Counted from the first letter of the stretch, positions 1-7,767 are shown. The stretch is 30,456 bases of DNA from a virus (IMGVR_UViG_3300016665_000205:1-30456); one strand, 5' to 3'. Translations and numbers: made by a program. The notes: generated by a model not told the origin, from the letters alone.

Positions 1-1
1 T

Positions 2-1120
2 GGCACCGGGCCGTCCGGCTACAAGCTGGACATCACGAAGATGCAGATGGTCTACATCGACTACTCGTGGTACGGGGCCGGGTTCATCCGGTGGGGCGTT
101 CGCGCAGAAGACGGCACCGTCAGGTTCTGCCACAAGCTCCTGAACAACAACACGAACACCGAGGCCTACATGCGCTCCGGCAATCTGCCGTCGCACTACG
201 AGTCCTCGACCATGCCCCTGACAGCCCTGCTGACCGCCAACCTTGCCAGCGGCACGACCACTTCGATGAACGTGGACGACGCCAGCAAGTTTCCGCCCAG
301 CGGCACGGTGCGCGTGCGTGGTTCTGCGGTGACCAGCGCTGTCGAGTACATCAGCTACACGTCAAGGACCAACACCGAACTGCTGGGCCTGACGCGCGGT
401 CTGGCGCAGGGCTCTGCGCCATCTGCGTTCACGCTGACGGGTACAAACCAGCAGATTCCAGTCGAGCTGGTCACGCCGACCTCGGCGGCGGCGGTGTCGC
501 ACTGGGGTTCCAGCGTCATCATGGATGGCCGGTACGATGACGACCAGTCGTTCGTGTTCAACACCGGCAATTCCGCCGTCGTGAACATCCCGGCTTCGCA
601 GTCTAGAGCCTTGTTGTCCATCCGGCTCGCGCCGTCTGTCGACAGCGGTCTGACCGGCATTCTGGGGGCGCGGGAACTGATCAACCGCATGCAGCTGAAG
701 CTTCGGTCCATCGGTTTCCTGTCGTCCGGCAACACGACGCTGCGCCTGAACATGGTGCTGAACGGGCGCGTGACCAGCGGCACGGCGGCCAACTTCGCTG
801 CTGTGGGTGGTTCCAGCCTGGCGCAGGTGGCCTTGCACACGACCGCCGGCGCGGTGGTCGTGTCCGGCGGCGAGTCGATTGCCGGCTACTTCCTCAACGT
901 GTCGGGCGGCACGAATTTCACCACGACGACGGCGGAACTCAACCTGGTGCGAGATCTGGGCAATTCCATCATCGGCGGCGGCAACAGCCTGACCGTGCCG
1001 GGTGGCTTCCAGAACGTCTACCCGGACGGCCCGGACATCGTGCATGTGGTGATTTCCAACATCGGCAGCGCCGCGGCGGATGTGGTATGCCGGCTGTCGT
1101 GGACTGAAGCACAGGCGTAA
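2..1120 (+). CDS. Phage structural/fibre-like protein, 5'-truncated (frame open from the window start)
   Basis: Frame is open upstream of ATG 41 (GTGPSGYKLDITKMQMVYIDYSWYGAGFIRWG), a motif I recognise from aquatic phage virion proteins; Gly/Ser/Thr-rich beta-type composition; strong GC3 bias. Confidence 0.65.
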   Translation, partial: GTGPSGYKLDITKMQMVYIDYSWYGAGFIRWGVRAEDGTVRFCHKLLNNNTNTEAYMRSGNLPSHYESSTMPLTALLTANLASGTTTSMNVDDASKFPPSGTVRVRGSAVTSAVEYISYTSRTNTELLGLTRGLAQGSAPSAFTLTGTNQQIPVELVTPTSAAAVSHWGSSVIMDGRYDDDQSFVFNTGNSAVVNIPASQSRALLSIRLAPSVDSGLTGILGARELINRMQLKLRSIGFLSSGNTTLRLNMVLNGRVTSGTAANFAAVGGSSLAQVALHTTAGAVVVSGGESIAGYFLNVSGGTNFTTTTAELNLVRDLGNSIIGGGNSLTVPGGFQNVYPDGPDIVHVVISNIGSAAADVVCRLSWTEAQA

Positions 1121-1145
1121 CCGGAAGGGAAGGGAGGGTAGAAGG

Positions 1146-1736
1146 ATGCCGTTCAACCAGATAATCGACCTCAACGCGGCAGGAAACGTAGGCAGAAACA
1201 GCTACGAAATCCTGCTGATGTCGACCAACGTCATCGACATCACTCTTCCAGCAGGGGCTGGGACAATTCCTGACACGGCAATTGAGTCGGTTACCTTGCC
1301 GCCGGGATATTTGCGTTTTGGAGACTGCATCCGGGCATCCGTGGCGACCGAGTACATCTCAGGCGCTGGGATATGGAATGCGGCTTTCAACGTACGGGTT
1401 GCGAACGGCGGGATTGCGGAGAGCAGGATAGAAACCTCGACCAGCGAGCTTCTTGGAGGAATGACTATTGGCGTTGGCCATGTGTTCCAGTCGCAGTCTG
1501 CTATCCCGCAGCCGGGCGAAGCATTCATTCAACGACTGTATTCTGGCACGCCATCTCCGCTGAACCTGTCAGGAAACGTGGTGACCCTTGGGCAAAGTAA
1601 TTCCATCACCACGGTAAACCTGAGGCTCCCGATTGTCGTTGGGCTTTACGGGAGCATGAACAAAACATCCGGGGCCAACGTGTCGAGAGCGCGCTGCCTG
1701 TATTACTGCATCGAGGTATTGCGTCGTGCGAACTGA
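1146..1736 (+). CDS. Hypothetical beta-rich protein, possibly virion-associated (196 aa)
   Basis: ATG 1146 follows purine-rich RBS GGGAGGGTAGAAGG; MPFNQIIDLN...; codon usage more AT-rich than neighbours. Confidence 0.6.
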   Translation: MPFNQIIDLNAAGNVGRNSYEILLMSTNVIDITLPAGAGTIPDTAIESVTLPPGYLRFGDCIRASVATEYISGAGIWNAAFNVRVANGGIAESRIETSTSELLGGMTIGVGHVFQSQSAIPQPGEAFIQRLYSGTPSPLNLSGNVVTLGQSNSITTVNLRLPIVVGLYGSMNKTSGANVSRARCLYYCIEVLRRAN

Positions 1737-1977
1737 AAAACGCCCGTTGGAATTGGCTCCAGATCATGACACCACGGTCTACCAGCCGGCCGGCAAGCAG
1801 CCAAAGTGGACCCTGTTCACGGAACTCGGCCCGGATGGCGTCACCCACTACGACGGCATCCCGGAAGAGGCCCTGACACCGCCTCCACCGCCGCCCACGC
1901 TGATGGAGAACATGACCAAGCGCCTGCGCAAGCTGTTCAACCTGGAGAAGGGCAATGGCAAGCAAGACGTTTCGTGA
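1726..1977 (+). CDS. Hypothetical protein with poly-Pro tract (83 aa)
   Basis: GTG start preceded by GAGG, overlaps the upstream stop; phage-like codon bias. Confidence 0.55.
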   Translation: MRTEKRPLELAPDHDTTVYQPAGKQPKWTLFTELGPDGVTHYDGIPEEALTPPPPPPTLMENMTKRLRKLFNLEKGNGKQDVS

Positions 1978-2212
1978 ACTGCTGGCAGTCGCAGGGCTGT
2001 CGCAGGCAGGGTTTGCCCGCATGGCGGGCGTCGACATTCGAACTGTCAGCCGTTGGAAGGACAATGCGCCGAAGTGGGCATTGCTGGTGGCTGAACAGCA
2101 TCTGGAATTGCTCGAGTTGCGGCGGAAGGACGCCGTGAACCGGGCTTTGTGCGTGGATTCACCAACGATCGGGAGGGACATGGGTTATGACATTGCAGGA
2201 ACAACTTGCTGA
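1955..2212 (+). CDS. XRE/Cro-like helix-turn-helix protein
   Basis: FRELLAVAGLSQAGFARMAGVDIRTVSRW is a typical HTH; GGAGAAG upstream. Confidence 0.75.
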   Translation: MASKTFRELLAVAGLSQAGFARMAGVDIRTVSRWKDNAPKWALLVAEQHLELLELRRKDAVNRALCVDSPTIGRDMGYDIAGTTC

Positions 2213-2438
2213 AGAGCCGGACAAGGCCAAGCAGCAGGAGGAGGCCCTCGCCAAGGTGCGAGCCATCCTTGAAGAGGCCGACTTCGACCTGACCCTTCTC
2301 GTGGTCAGCACACTGGGCGGCACGACGATACTGGCGCTGCCACATCTGGACCCGCCGGAACTGTCCGGGGTTTTTCGCTTCATGGCGGGCAGCATCGACG
2401 CAGCGCGCGGGCCGTCCGAGGAGGCGGCTGTCCATTGA
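2187..2438 (+). CDS. Hypothetical protein (83 aa) immediately upstream of terminase
   Basis: GGGAGG upstream; stop overlaps the TerL start (TTGA). Confidence 0.6.
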   Translation: MTLQEQLAEEPDKAKQQEEALAKVRAILEEADFDLTLLVVSTLGGTTILALPHLDPPELSGVFRFMAGSIDAARGPSEEAAVH

Positions 2439-4255
2439 CCTCGGCCCCGAAGACATTCGCCAAGCCGCAGGCCCCGAAGTTCTCGGCCAAGCAGTTCTAC
2501 GACTTCTGCAACAACCTGCGCGTCGACACCAAGGAGTACGGCATCGTGCCACTTGGGTCGCGCCTGTACGGGGCGCAGAAGGAGGTCGTGTCTCGGATCG
2601 AACAAGGCCTTGCCAAGGGCATTCACAGCTTCGTGGTGCTCAAGGGAAGGCAGATGGGTATCTCCACGCTGTCGCTGGCATTCGACCTGTTCTGGGCGTT
2701 CAAGTACCCCGGCACGCAGGGTTCGCTGGTCACCAATGACGACGGCAACCGGGACATGTTCCGCAACACGCTGAACATGTACATCGAGGGCTTGCCGGCG
2801 GCTTGGAAGGTGCCGGTGAAGATCAACAACCGCTTCGAACTGGGCTTCCGCAACCGCTCCAGATTCCTCTACCAGGTCGCCGGCGAGCGGAAGAACAGCA
2901 GCCTCGGCAAGGGCAAGGCGCTGAACTTCCTGCATGCGACCGAGGTGTCGGCATGGGGTGACGAAGAGGCGCTGGCGTCGCTGCAGGCGGCGCTGGCAGA
3001 GCAGCATCCGCTGCGGCTGTACCTGTACGAATCGACGGCGCAGGGGTTCAACCTGTTCCACCAGATGTGGGAGACCGCGAAGCGCAGCGTCGCGCAGGAC
3101 GCGATTTTCGTGGGGTGGTGGCTGAAGGAAGACTATCGGGTCAAGGAGGACAGCCCGATCTACAAGGTCTACGGCTACAAGGGCATGAGTGACTACGAGC
3201 GCAAGGCCGTCAGGATGGTCAACAAGCTCTACGGCCACACGATGACGCAGGGGCAGCTCGCGTGGTATCGGTGGAAGCTGAACGACGAGATCAAGGACGA
3301 CAACCTGATGCGCCAGAACTTCCCCATGCACGAGGAAGAGGCGTTCATCCTGTCCGGGTCCAACTTCTTCTCGACCGACATCCTGACCGACCTCCACAAG
3401 GCCCTGCTGCGCGGCAAGCCGCGGGCGCACTTCTCGTTCCGGTTCAGAGACAGGTTCGAAGACACCGACGTTCAGGAGGCGCACCCGAAGAACGCCACGC
3501 TGCGCATCTGGGAGTTCCCGAAGCCGGGCGCGGTCTATGTGCTGGGGGCAGATCCGGCCTACGGGGCCAGCCAGAACAATGACCGCTCGTGCGCCCAGGT
3601 GTGGCGGTGCTATGCGGACAAGGTCGAGCAGGTGGCGGAGTTCTGCAGCCCGCTGACGGACACCTACCAGTTTGCCTACATCTGCGCGTACCTGTCGGGG
3701 GTGTACGGGCCTGCCAGCCGTGCGATGTCGATGATGAATCTGGAGATCAACGGCCCCGGACAGGCGGTGAAGGCCGAGTTGAACAACATGCGCCGCAACG
3801 TGGCCGACGCCGGCGGCGTGTCCGGGGAAATCCGCGACTTCATCGGCAACATCAGGTCCTACCTGTACCGGCGCGTGGATGCGGTCAGCAAGAACTATGT
3901 GCTGGACTGGAAGACGAACGCGGACTCCAAGGAGCGGATGATGAATGCGCTGAACGACGCCGTGTCTCGCGACCAGTCGGTCATTCGGAGCGCGGAGATG
4001 GTCGAGGAGATGCGCACGGTCATCCGCGAGGAAGGAAGCATCACGCATGCGTCCCACACGCACGATGACCGCGTCGTGGCGTCGGCGCTGGCGGTTGTCG
4101 CGTGGCACGACTTCATGCGCGCTGAGGCGGCCAAGGCCGGGCAGTTCTGGGCGGAGCAAAAGATGCTGGAAGACCCTGAGCAGGCGTTTCAGCGCGGCCC
4201 TGACACCGGGCAGCAGTTGATCCGAGCCTACCTTGGGCGAGCGGGGCTGCGCTGA
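2435..4255 (+). CDS. terL: Terminase large subunit
   Basis: Walker A LKGRQMGIST, Walker B FLHATEV, motif III ESTAQG, nuclease YVLGADPAYG and HDDRVVASALA; TTG start with GAGGAGG upstream. Confidence 0.93.
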   Translation: MTSAPKTFAKPQAPKFSAKQFYDFCNNLRVDTKEYGIVPLGSRLYGAQKEVVSRIEQGLAKGIHSFVVLKGRQMGISTLSLAFDLFWAFKYPGTQGSLVTNDDGNRDMFRNTLNMYIEGLPAAWKVPVKINNRFELGFRNRSRFLYQVAGERKNSSLGKGKALNFLHATEVSAWGDEEALASLQAALAEQHPLRLYLYESTAQGFNLFHQMWETAKRSVAQDAIFVGWWLKEDYRVKEDSPIYKVYGYKGMSDYERKAVRMVNKLYGHTMTQGQLAWYRWKLNDEIKDDNLMRQNFPMHEEEAFILSGSNFFSTDILTDLHKALLRGKPRAHFSFRFRDRFEDTDVQEAHPKNATLRIWEFPKPGAVYVLGADPAYGASQNNDRSCAQVWRCYADKVEQVAEFCSPLTDTYQFAYICAYLSGVYGPASRAMSMMNLEINGPGQAVKAELNNMRRNVADAGGVSGEIRDFIGNIRSYLYRRVDAVSKNYVLDWKTNADSKERMMNALNDAVSRDQSVIRSAEMVEEMRTVIREEGSITHASHTHDDRVVASALAVVAWHDFMRAEAAKAGQFWAEQKMLEDPEQAFQRGPDTGQQLIRAYLGRAGLR

Positions 4256-4257
4256 CC

Positions 4258-4731
4258 ATGGGCCGTCCTGAGCCGCCTGAGGGTCTGCCATACAGTGTGG
4301 AGGAGCTTATCTCCCGCTTGGTGTATTGTCGCGAACGGAAGGAGCCATCCCTGCGCCAGATTGCGCGGATGGTTGGAATATCCCCGAACTACCTCTACAA
4401 GTTCGTCGCGGGGAAGGAGAAGGTATCCGTGGTGTGGCAACGCATCCTGACGGACTTTTTCCATAAATGGGATGCCGGGATTTATGTGCTGGACGAGGAG
4501 CGCAAGCTTCGACGCTCCCGCAACCCCCGGCCGAGGATCAATATGCGGGTGGAATTCGGCACGGCGGCCCCGAAGCTGACCTACCGACCGCCCGCGCAGC
4601 CAATTGGGATGCCAAAGCCAGCATGGGTAGAAAGCGCAGCACTGTCACGAATGGAAATCCTCGAGTCCTCCGCGAGTTTGTCTGTCTCGCGCACGGGCCG
4701 TTTGAAGGTTACGAAGAAGTCTGTCCCCTAG
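4258..4731 (+). CDS. HTH-domain protein
   Basis: PSLRQIARMVGISPNYLYKFVAG is HTH-like; starts 2 nt after the TerL stop. Confidence 0.65.
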   Translation: MGRPEPPEGLPYSVEELISRLVYCRERKEPSLRQIARMVGISPNYLYKFVAGKEKVSVVWQRILTDFFHKWDAGIYVLDEERKLRRSRNPRPRINMRVEFGTAAPKLTYRPPAQPIGMPKPAWVESAALSRMEILESSASLSVSRTGRLKVTKKSVP

Positions 4732-5078
4732 GCTGCACGACGGTCGAGCGCCAGTTCCGGACGCCTTTCTCGATTGGAGCGAAGGCCAAGAACATCGACC
4801 GCACCCTGCAGAACCTGGCGGACGATTACGGCATGACCGACATGCGAAACGACATGGGCAGCGTGATGGAATCGATGCGCAAGGGCCAGCACGACTTCAG
4901 CCCGACATGGGGAGCCATGCCGGTCGTGAAGCCGGGCGAGGGCGATGCCATTCGTGGGGTGCTGGGGAACACGCCAGCCGCCAACGTGGTGGGCGAATTC
5001 AGGGAGGCTGGTGTATTGCGTCCGCCGGCCCCGAAGATGGACTACCGTCCAGACATGACGCCGATTTCCAAGGAGTAG
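4623..5078 (+). CDS. Zinc-ribbon-like protein preceding portal (151 aa)
   Basis: REFVCLAHGPFEGYEEVCPLGC (C-x2-H...C-x3-C), FmdB-like ribbon; ATG 4623 chosen over the ORF-finder start 4467. Confidence 0.65.
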   Translation: MGRKRSTVTNGNPRVLREFVCLAHGPFEGYEEVCPLGCTTVERQFRTPFSIGAKAKNIDRTLQNLADDYGMTDMRNDMGSVMESMRKGQHDFSPTWGAMPVVKPGEGDAIRGVLGNTPAANVVGEFREAGVLRPPAPKMDYRPDMTPISKE

Positions 5079-5080
5079 AC

Positions 5081-6748
5081 ATGATCATCCCGCCGAACGA
5101 CATGGAGCGTTTTGCTCTCTACCAGGAACTGTCGAACGCCTGCTTCGCCAGTCGCGCAGACCGTTCGACGGAGTACGCGTCGCGGGAAGCCTACTACCTG
5201 TACGGCAACCCGTCCGGCACCAACCCGTCCGAGTACAACAAGGTCTTTCCGTCGATCCAGACGCTGGCTTCGTTCCTGTTCGCGGCGGAGTCGGTGGCCT
5301 TCTCGCTGGACTTGGCACCAAACGCGGCAGAGGCCGACATCCAGCGCATTTCGGTGGTCAACAAGCAGCTGAACACGGTGTGGAATCGCTCGCTGGCGGA
5401 CGCCGTGGCGGCGCAGTGCGTGGAATGGAGTCTGGTGTACAACTCGATGGTGATGAAGACCCTGTGGCGCGATCGCCGCTACCGGGCCTACGCCGTCCGC
5501 CCGCACGACTTCGGCGTGTACGAGGAGGACAAGGTCGAGCTGGACGATCAGGAGGCCATGGCGCACAGCTACTACATCACCATCCCCCAGTTGACCCGGA
5601 TGCTGGATGGCCACCCGCGCAAGGAGCAGATCTTGCGCAACGTGCAGAGCCAGTCCGCACCGCAGGAGAGCGAGGTCAGCGGCCTCGACCGCCTCATCCT
5701 GACCGCCAGCCGGCCCATCACCGAGACGAACCCGAACGCCATCGGCTCGCTGTCCGGTTCTTCCAACCAGCCCCCGGCCAACTACGACCCGAAGGTGTCG
5801 GTGCAGCTGGTGGAGATGCGCGAACTGTGGGTGTGGAACGACCGGGAGGACGATTATCAGATCGTGACCCAGGCGGGCGATGTCACCATCTACGACCGGC
5901 AGGCCGCCGCCCTGACCAAGCAGGGCCAGATGTTCCCGCGCGGCGAGAACCCGTTCACGATGTTCACCCCGACCCCGAAGTACAATTACATCTGGGGCAT
6001 CAGCGATGTGTCGCGGGTCCAGATCCTGCAGGACAAGTACAACCGCCGGATGCAGGAACTGGACGACCTGCTGGCCAAGCAGATCGACCCCCCGCGCCAC
6101 GGCATCGGCCTGACCGACGAGCAATTGCTGGCCCTGTCGTTCGTCGGCGGCAAGGCCAACACCAGCGACCCGATGGCGAAGGTGGAGCTCATGATCCCCG
6201 AGGTCCCGCCGGAGCTCATCCGCAGCCTGCAGATTCTCGAGGAAGAGTTCGCAGACACACTCGCCATGCCGAACATCCTCATGGGCAAAGGCGAGTCCGG
6301 CGTGCGCGGTCGTGGGCACGCGCAGGAACTGGCCCGGTTGGCCAGCAGCCGCATCAAGCGCAAGAGCCTGAACATCGAGAACAGTCTGGAGCGCATCGCG
6401 ACGCTCATGCTGCGCATCCTGCGGCTCAACGACCCGACCAAGCTGCCAGACCCCAGCAACAACGGCGCGTTCGTGCTGGACCAGTTCATCAGCGAATGCA
6501 CCGTCAAGGTCGACGCTCACAGCAACAGCCCCATCTTCGCCGAAGACATGCGCACCATGGCGGCGGAGCTTCTGGCCGCTGGCGTCATCGACGGCGAGTC
6601 TTTCATTGACATGGTCAAGCCGCCTATGATGGACCTTCTGAAACTGCGGTTCAGGGAACAGCAGGCTCGACAGGCGCAGCAGGCACAGATGCAGGCCGCT
6701 GCACAGAATCAGCAACCACCAGGAGAACCCAATGCGCAACAAGCGTAA
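5081..6748 (+). CDS. Portal protein (555 aa)
   Basis: AGGAG RBS 5071-5075, ATG 5081; size, position after TerL, helical content, MPNILMGKGESGVRG segment and Gln-rich C-terminal tail as in P22-like portals. Confidence 0.85.
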   Translation: MIIPPNDMERFALYQELSNACFASRADRSTEYASREAYYLYGNPSGTNPSEYNKVFPSIQTLASFLFAAESVAFSLDLAPNAAEADIQRISVVNKQLNTVWNRSLADAVAAQCVEWSLVYNSMVMKTLWRDRRYRAYAVRPHDFGVYEEDKVELDDQEAMAHSYYITIPQLTRMLDGHPRKEQILRNVQSQSAPQESEVSGLDRLILTASRPITETNPNAIGSLSGSSNQPPANYDPKVSVQLVEMRELWVWNDREDDYQIVTQAGDVTIYDRQAAALTKQGQMFPRGENPFTMFTPTPKYNYIWGISDVSRVQILQDKYNRRMQELDDLLAKQIDPPRHGIGLTDEQLLALSFVGGKANTSDPMAKVELMIPEVPPELIRSLQILEEEFADTLAMPNILMGKGESGVRGRGHAQELARLASSRIKRKSLNIENSLERIATLMLRILRLNDPTKLPDPSNNGAFVLDQFISECTVKVDAHSNSPIFAEDMRTMAAELLAAGVIDGESFIDMVKPPMMDLLKLRFREQQARQAQQAQMQAAAQNQQPPGEPNAQQA

Positions 6749-6770
6749 GACCCGCGGCTCCTGCCGCTGA
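6732..6770 (+). CDS. 12-aa basic micro-peptide MRNKRKTRGSCR
   Basis: AGGAG at 6721-6725, 6 nt before ATG; overlaps portal 3' end; 6 of 12 residues are K/R; below the ORF-track cutoff. Confidence 0.5.
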   Translation: MRNKRKTRGSCR

Positions 6771-6775
6771 CCGAA

Positions 6776-6846
6776 TTCCCCCCGTCCGCCTAACCCTCCC
6801 GCGCTGTCCTTCCCAGCGTACCCTCAAGGCGGATGGGGGGAACCTT
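6776..6846. terminator. Long hairpin between convergent genes; possible bidirectional terminator or sRNA
   Basis: TTCCCCCCGTCCGCCT (6776-6791) pairs with AGGCGGATGGGGGGAA (6827-6842), 16 bp with one G-U; inner stem GCGCTG/CAGCGT; followed by CCTTTT on +. Confidence 0.6.
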
Positions 6847-7092
6847 TTAGGGCTTCACTCCCCTCAACTTGAACCAGTGCTGGACAGCCTGCCTGCTGCA
6901 GCCGAACTGCTGTCCAATCTCCCGCATACTCCATCCCTGTTGCCGCAGGGAAAACGCCTCTTCGAACTGCCCGTCCGGGATCTTCGAATGGCTCAGGTCC
7001 CGGCGAACGTCGGGCCGCCGCAATGCATGGAGCAGGTGAACGTACCTCGCAAATGGCGGCATGTCCCGCTGCTTCCACAGTTCTTTGCTCAT
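6847..7092 (-). CDS. Small protein with C-terminal HTH (81 aa)
   Basis: WSMREIGQQFGCSRQAVQHWF HTH; ATG overlaps the upstream TGA (ATGA coupling); AAGGAG upstream. Confidence 0.7.
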   Translation of the reverse strand: MSKELWKQRDMPPFARYVHLLHALRRPDVRRDLSHSKIPDGQFEEAFSLRQQGWSMREIGQQFGCSRQAVQHWFKLRGVKP

Positions 7093-7295
7093 GTCGGCCC
7101 CACGTCTCCTTTGGCGTAATACTCCCGCGTTTCTTTTTTTACTGAAGGAGACTGGCGATCGCATGCCCTGCATTGATGTTTATGTCCATCAGGGAGTCTT
7201 TTATTGTAAGCAAAATGGTTTAGCGTTTTGTTTTCGCCGCATTTTCTGCATGTCTTTCTCGGCGCGTTCTTGGACCTTATAAAAAAGTTCTGCAT
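7089..7295 (-). CDS. C4 zinc-finger protein (68 aa), domain type found on phage HNH/EndoVII endonucleases
   Basis: KTCRKCGENKTLNHFAYNKRLPDGHKHQCRACD; AT-rich; start uncertain (7295 or 7322). Confidence 0.7.
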   Translation of the reverse strand: MQNFFIRSKNAPRKTCRKCGENKTLNHFAYNKRLPDGHKHQCRACDRQSPSVKKETREYYAKGDVGPT

Positions 7296-7389
7296 ATGTC
7301 CCAACCCTTTCTTTCCTGCCATCTGGTGAATTTTGAGCAAGCCGAACCCAACACCTCGCGATGTTTTGTTCGACTGCGACTTCTGCCAT

Positions 7390-7767
7390 CCGGAGCCATT
7401 CGTCGCTTCGCCGTCCGGTTCCTGACGCCATCCTTGGCGTAACTCCTAGGCCCAACCCGTCCCGGATTCACCCTGGGCGGGGCCTGTTTTGCGCTGCGGG
7501 GACTGTGGACAAGCCGTGTGACTGTTGCCGCAGCAACGAGGCTCGCAGGGGGCTGGAGGTCTGAGAAGGCTTCTGCTAGAGTGAATGCTGATTGCGCATT
7601 CGGGGGACAGAGGCTGTTTCTCTACCTCCGAAGCCCTGCAAGGCCTCGGCGCAGTTAACGCTACGCCCCTTCTGCAGGAACTGCAAGAGGGGGCGTAGCA
7701 GACCCTTTTCCTTGTGTATGTCCTGTACGACACATGCCCTTTGACCCGCCTCGTGCGGGTCTTTTTT
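7390..7767 (+). ncRNA. Candidate structured non-coding RNA (unassigned family)
   Basis: Back-to-back helices 7425-7440, 7447-7486, three-way junction 7490-7653, 7660-7699, 7713-7734, terminator 7743-7767; wobble pairs are G-U on +; no credible ORF; 5' end unknown. Confidence 0.6.
7743..7767 (+). terminator. Rho-independent terminator
   Basis: GACCCGC-CTCGT-GCGGGTC followed by TTTTTT. Confidence 0.85.

Noticed and set aside
4907-5080. ORF-track upstream starts for portal (4907), MTase (28196), holin (23358) and chaperone (15597)
   Set aside because: They overlap upstream genes; downstream starts have SD sequences or stop-start coupling and match where recognisable sequence begins
6786-6832. 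CCGCCTAAC...GGCGG resembles the ends of a twister ribozyme
   Set aside because: The internal P2/P4 helices and pseudoknot partners of twister are absent
7390-7767. Structured region as tRNA, tmRNA, SRP, CRISPR array, retron msr-msd or group I intron
   Set aside because: No T-arm/CCA cloverleaf, tag ORF, SRP loop motif, repeat-spacer periodicity, nearby RT, or interrupted host gene seen
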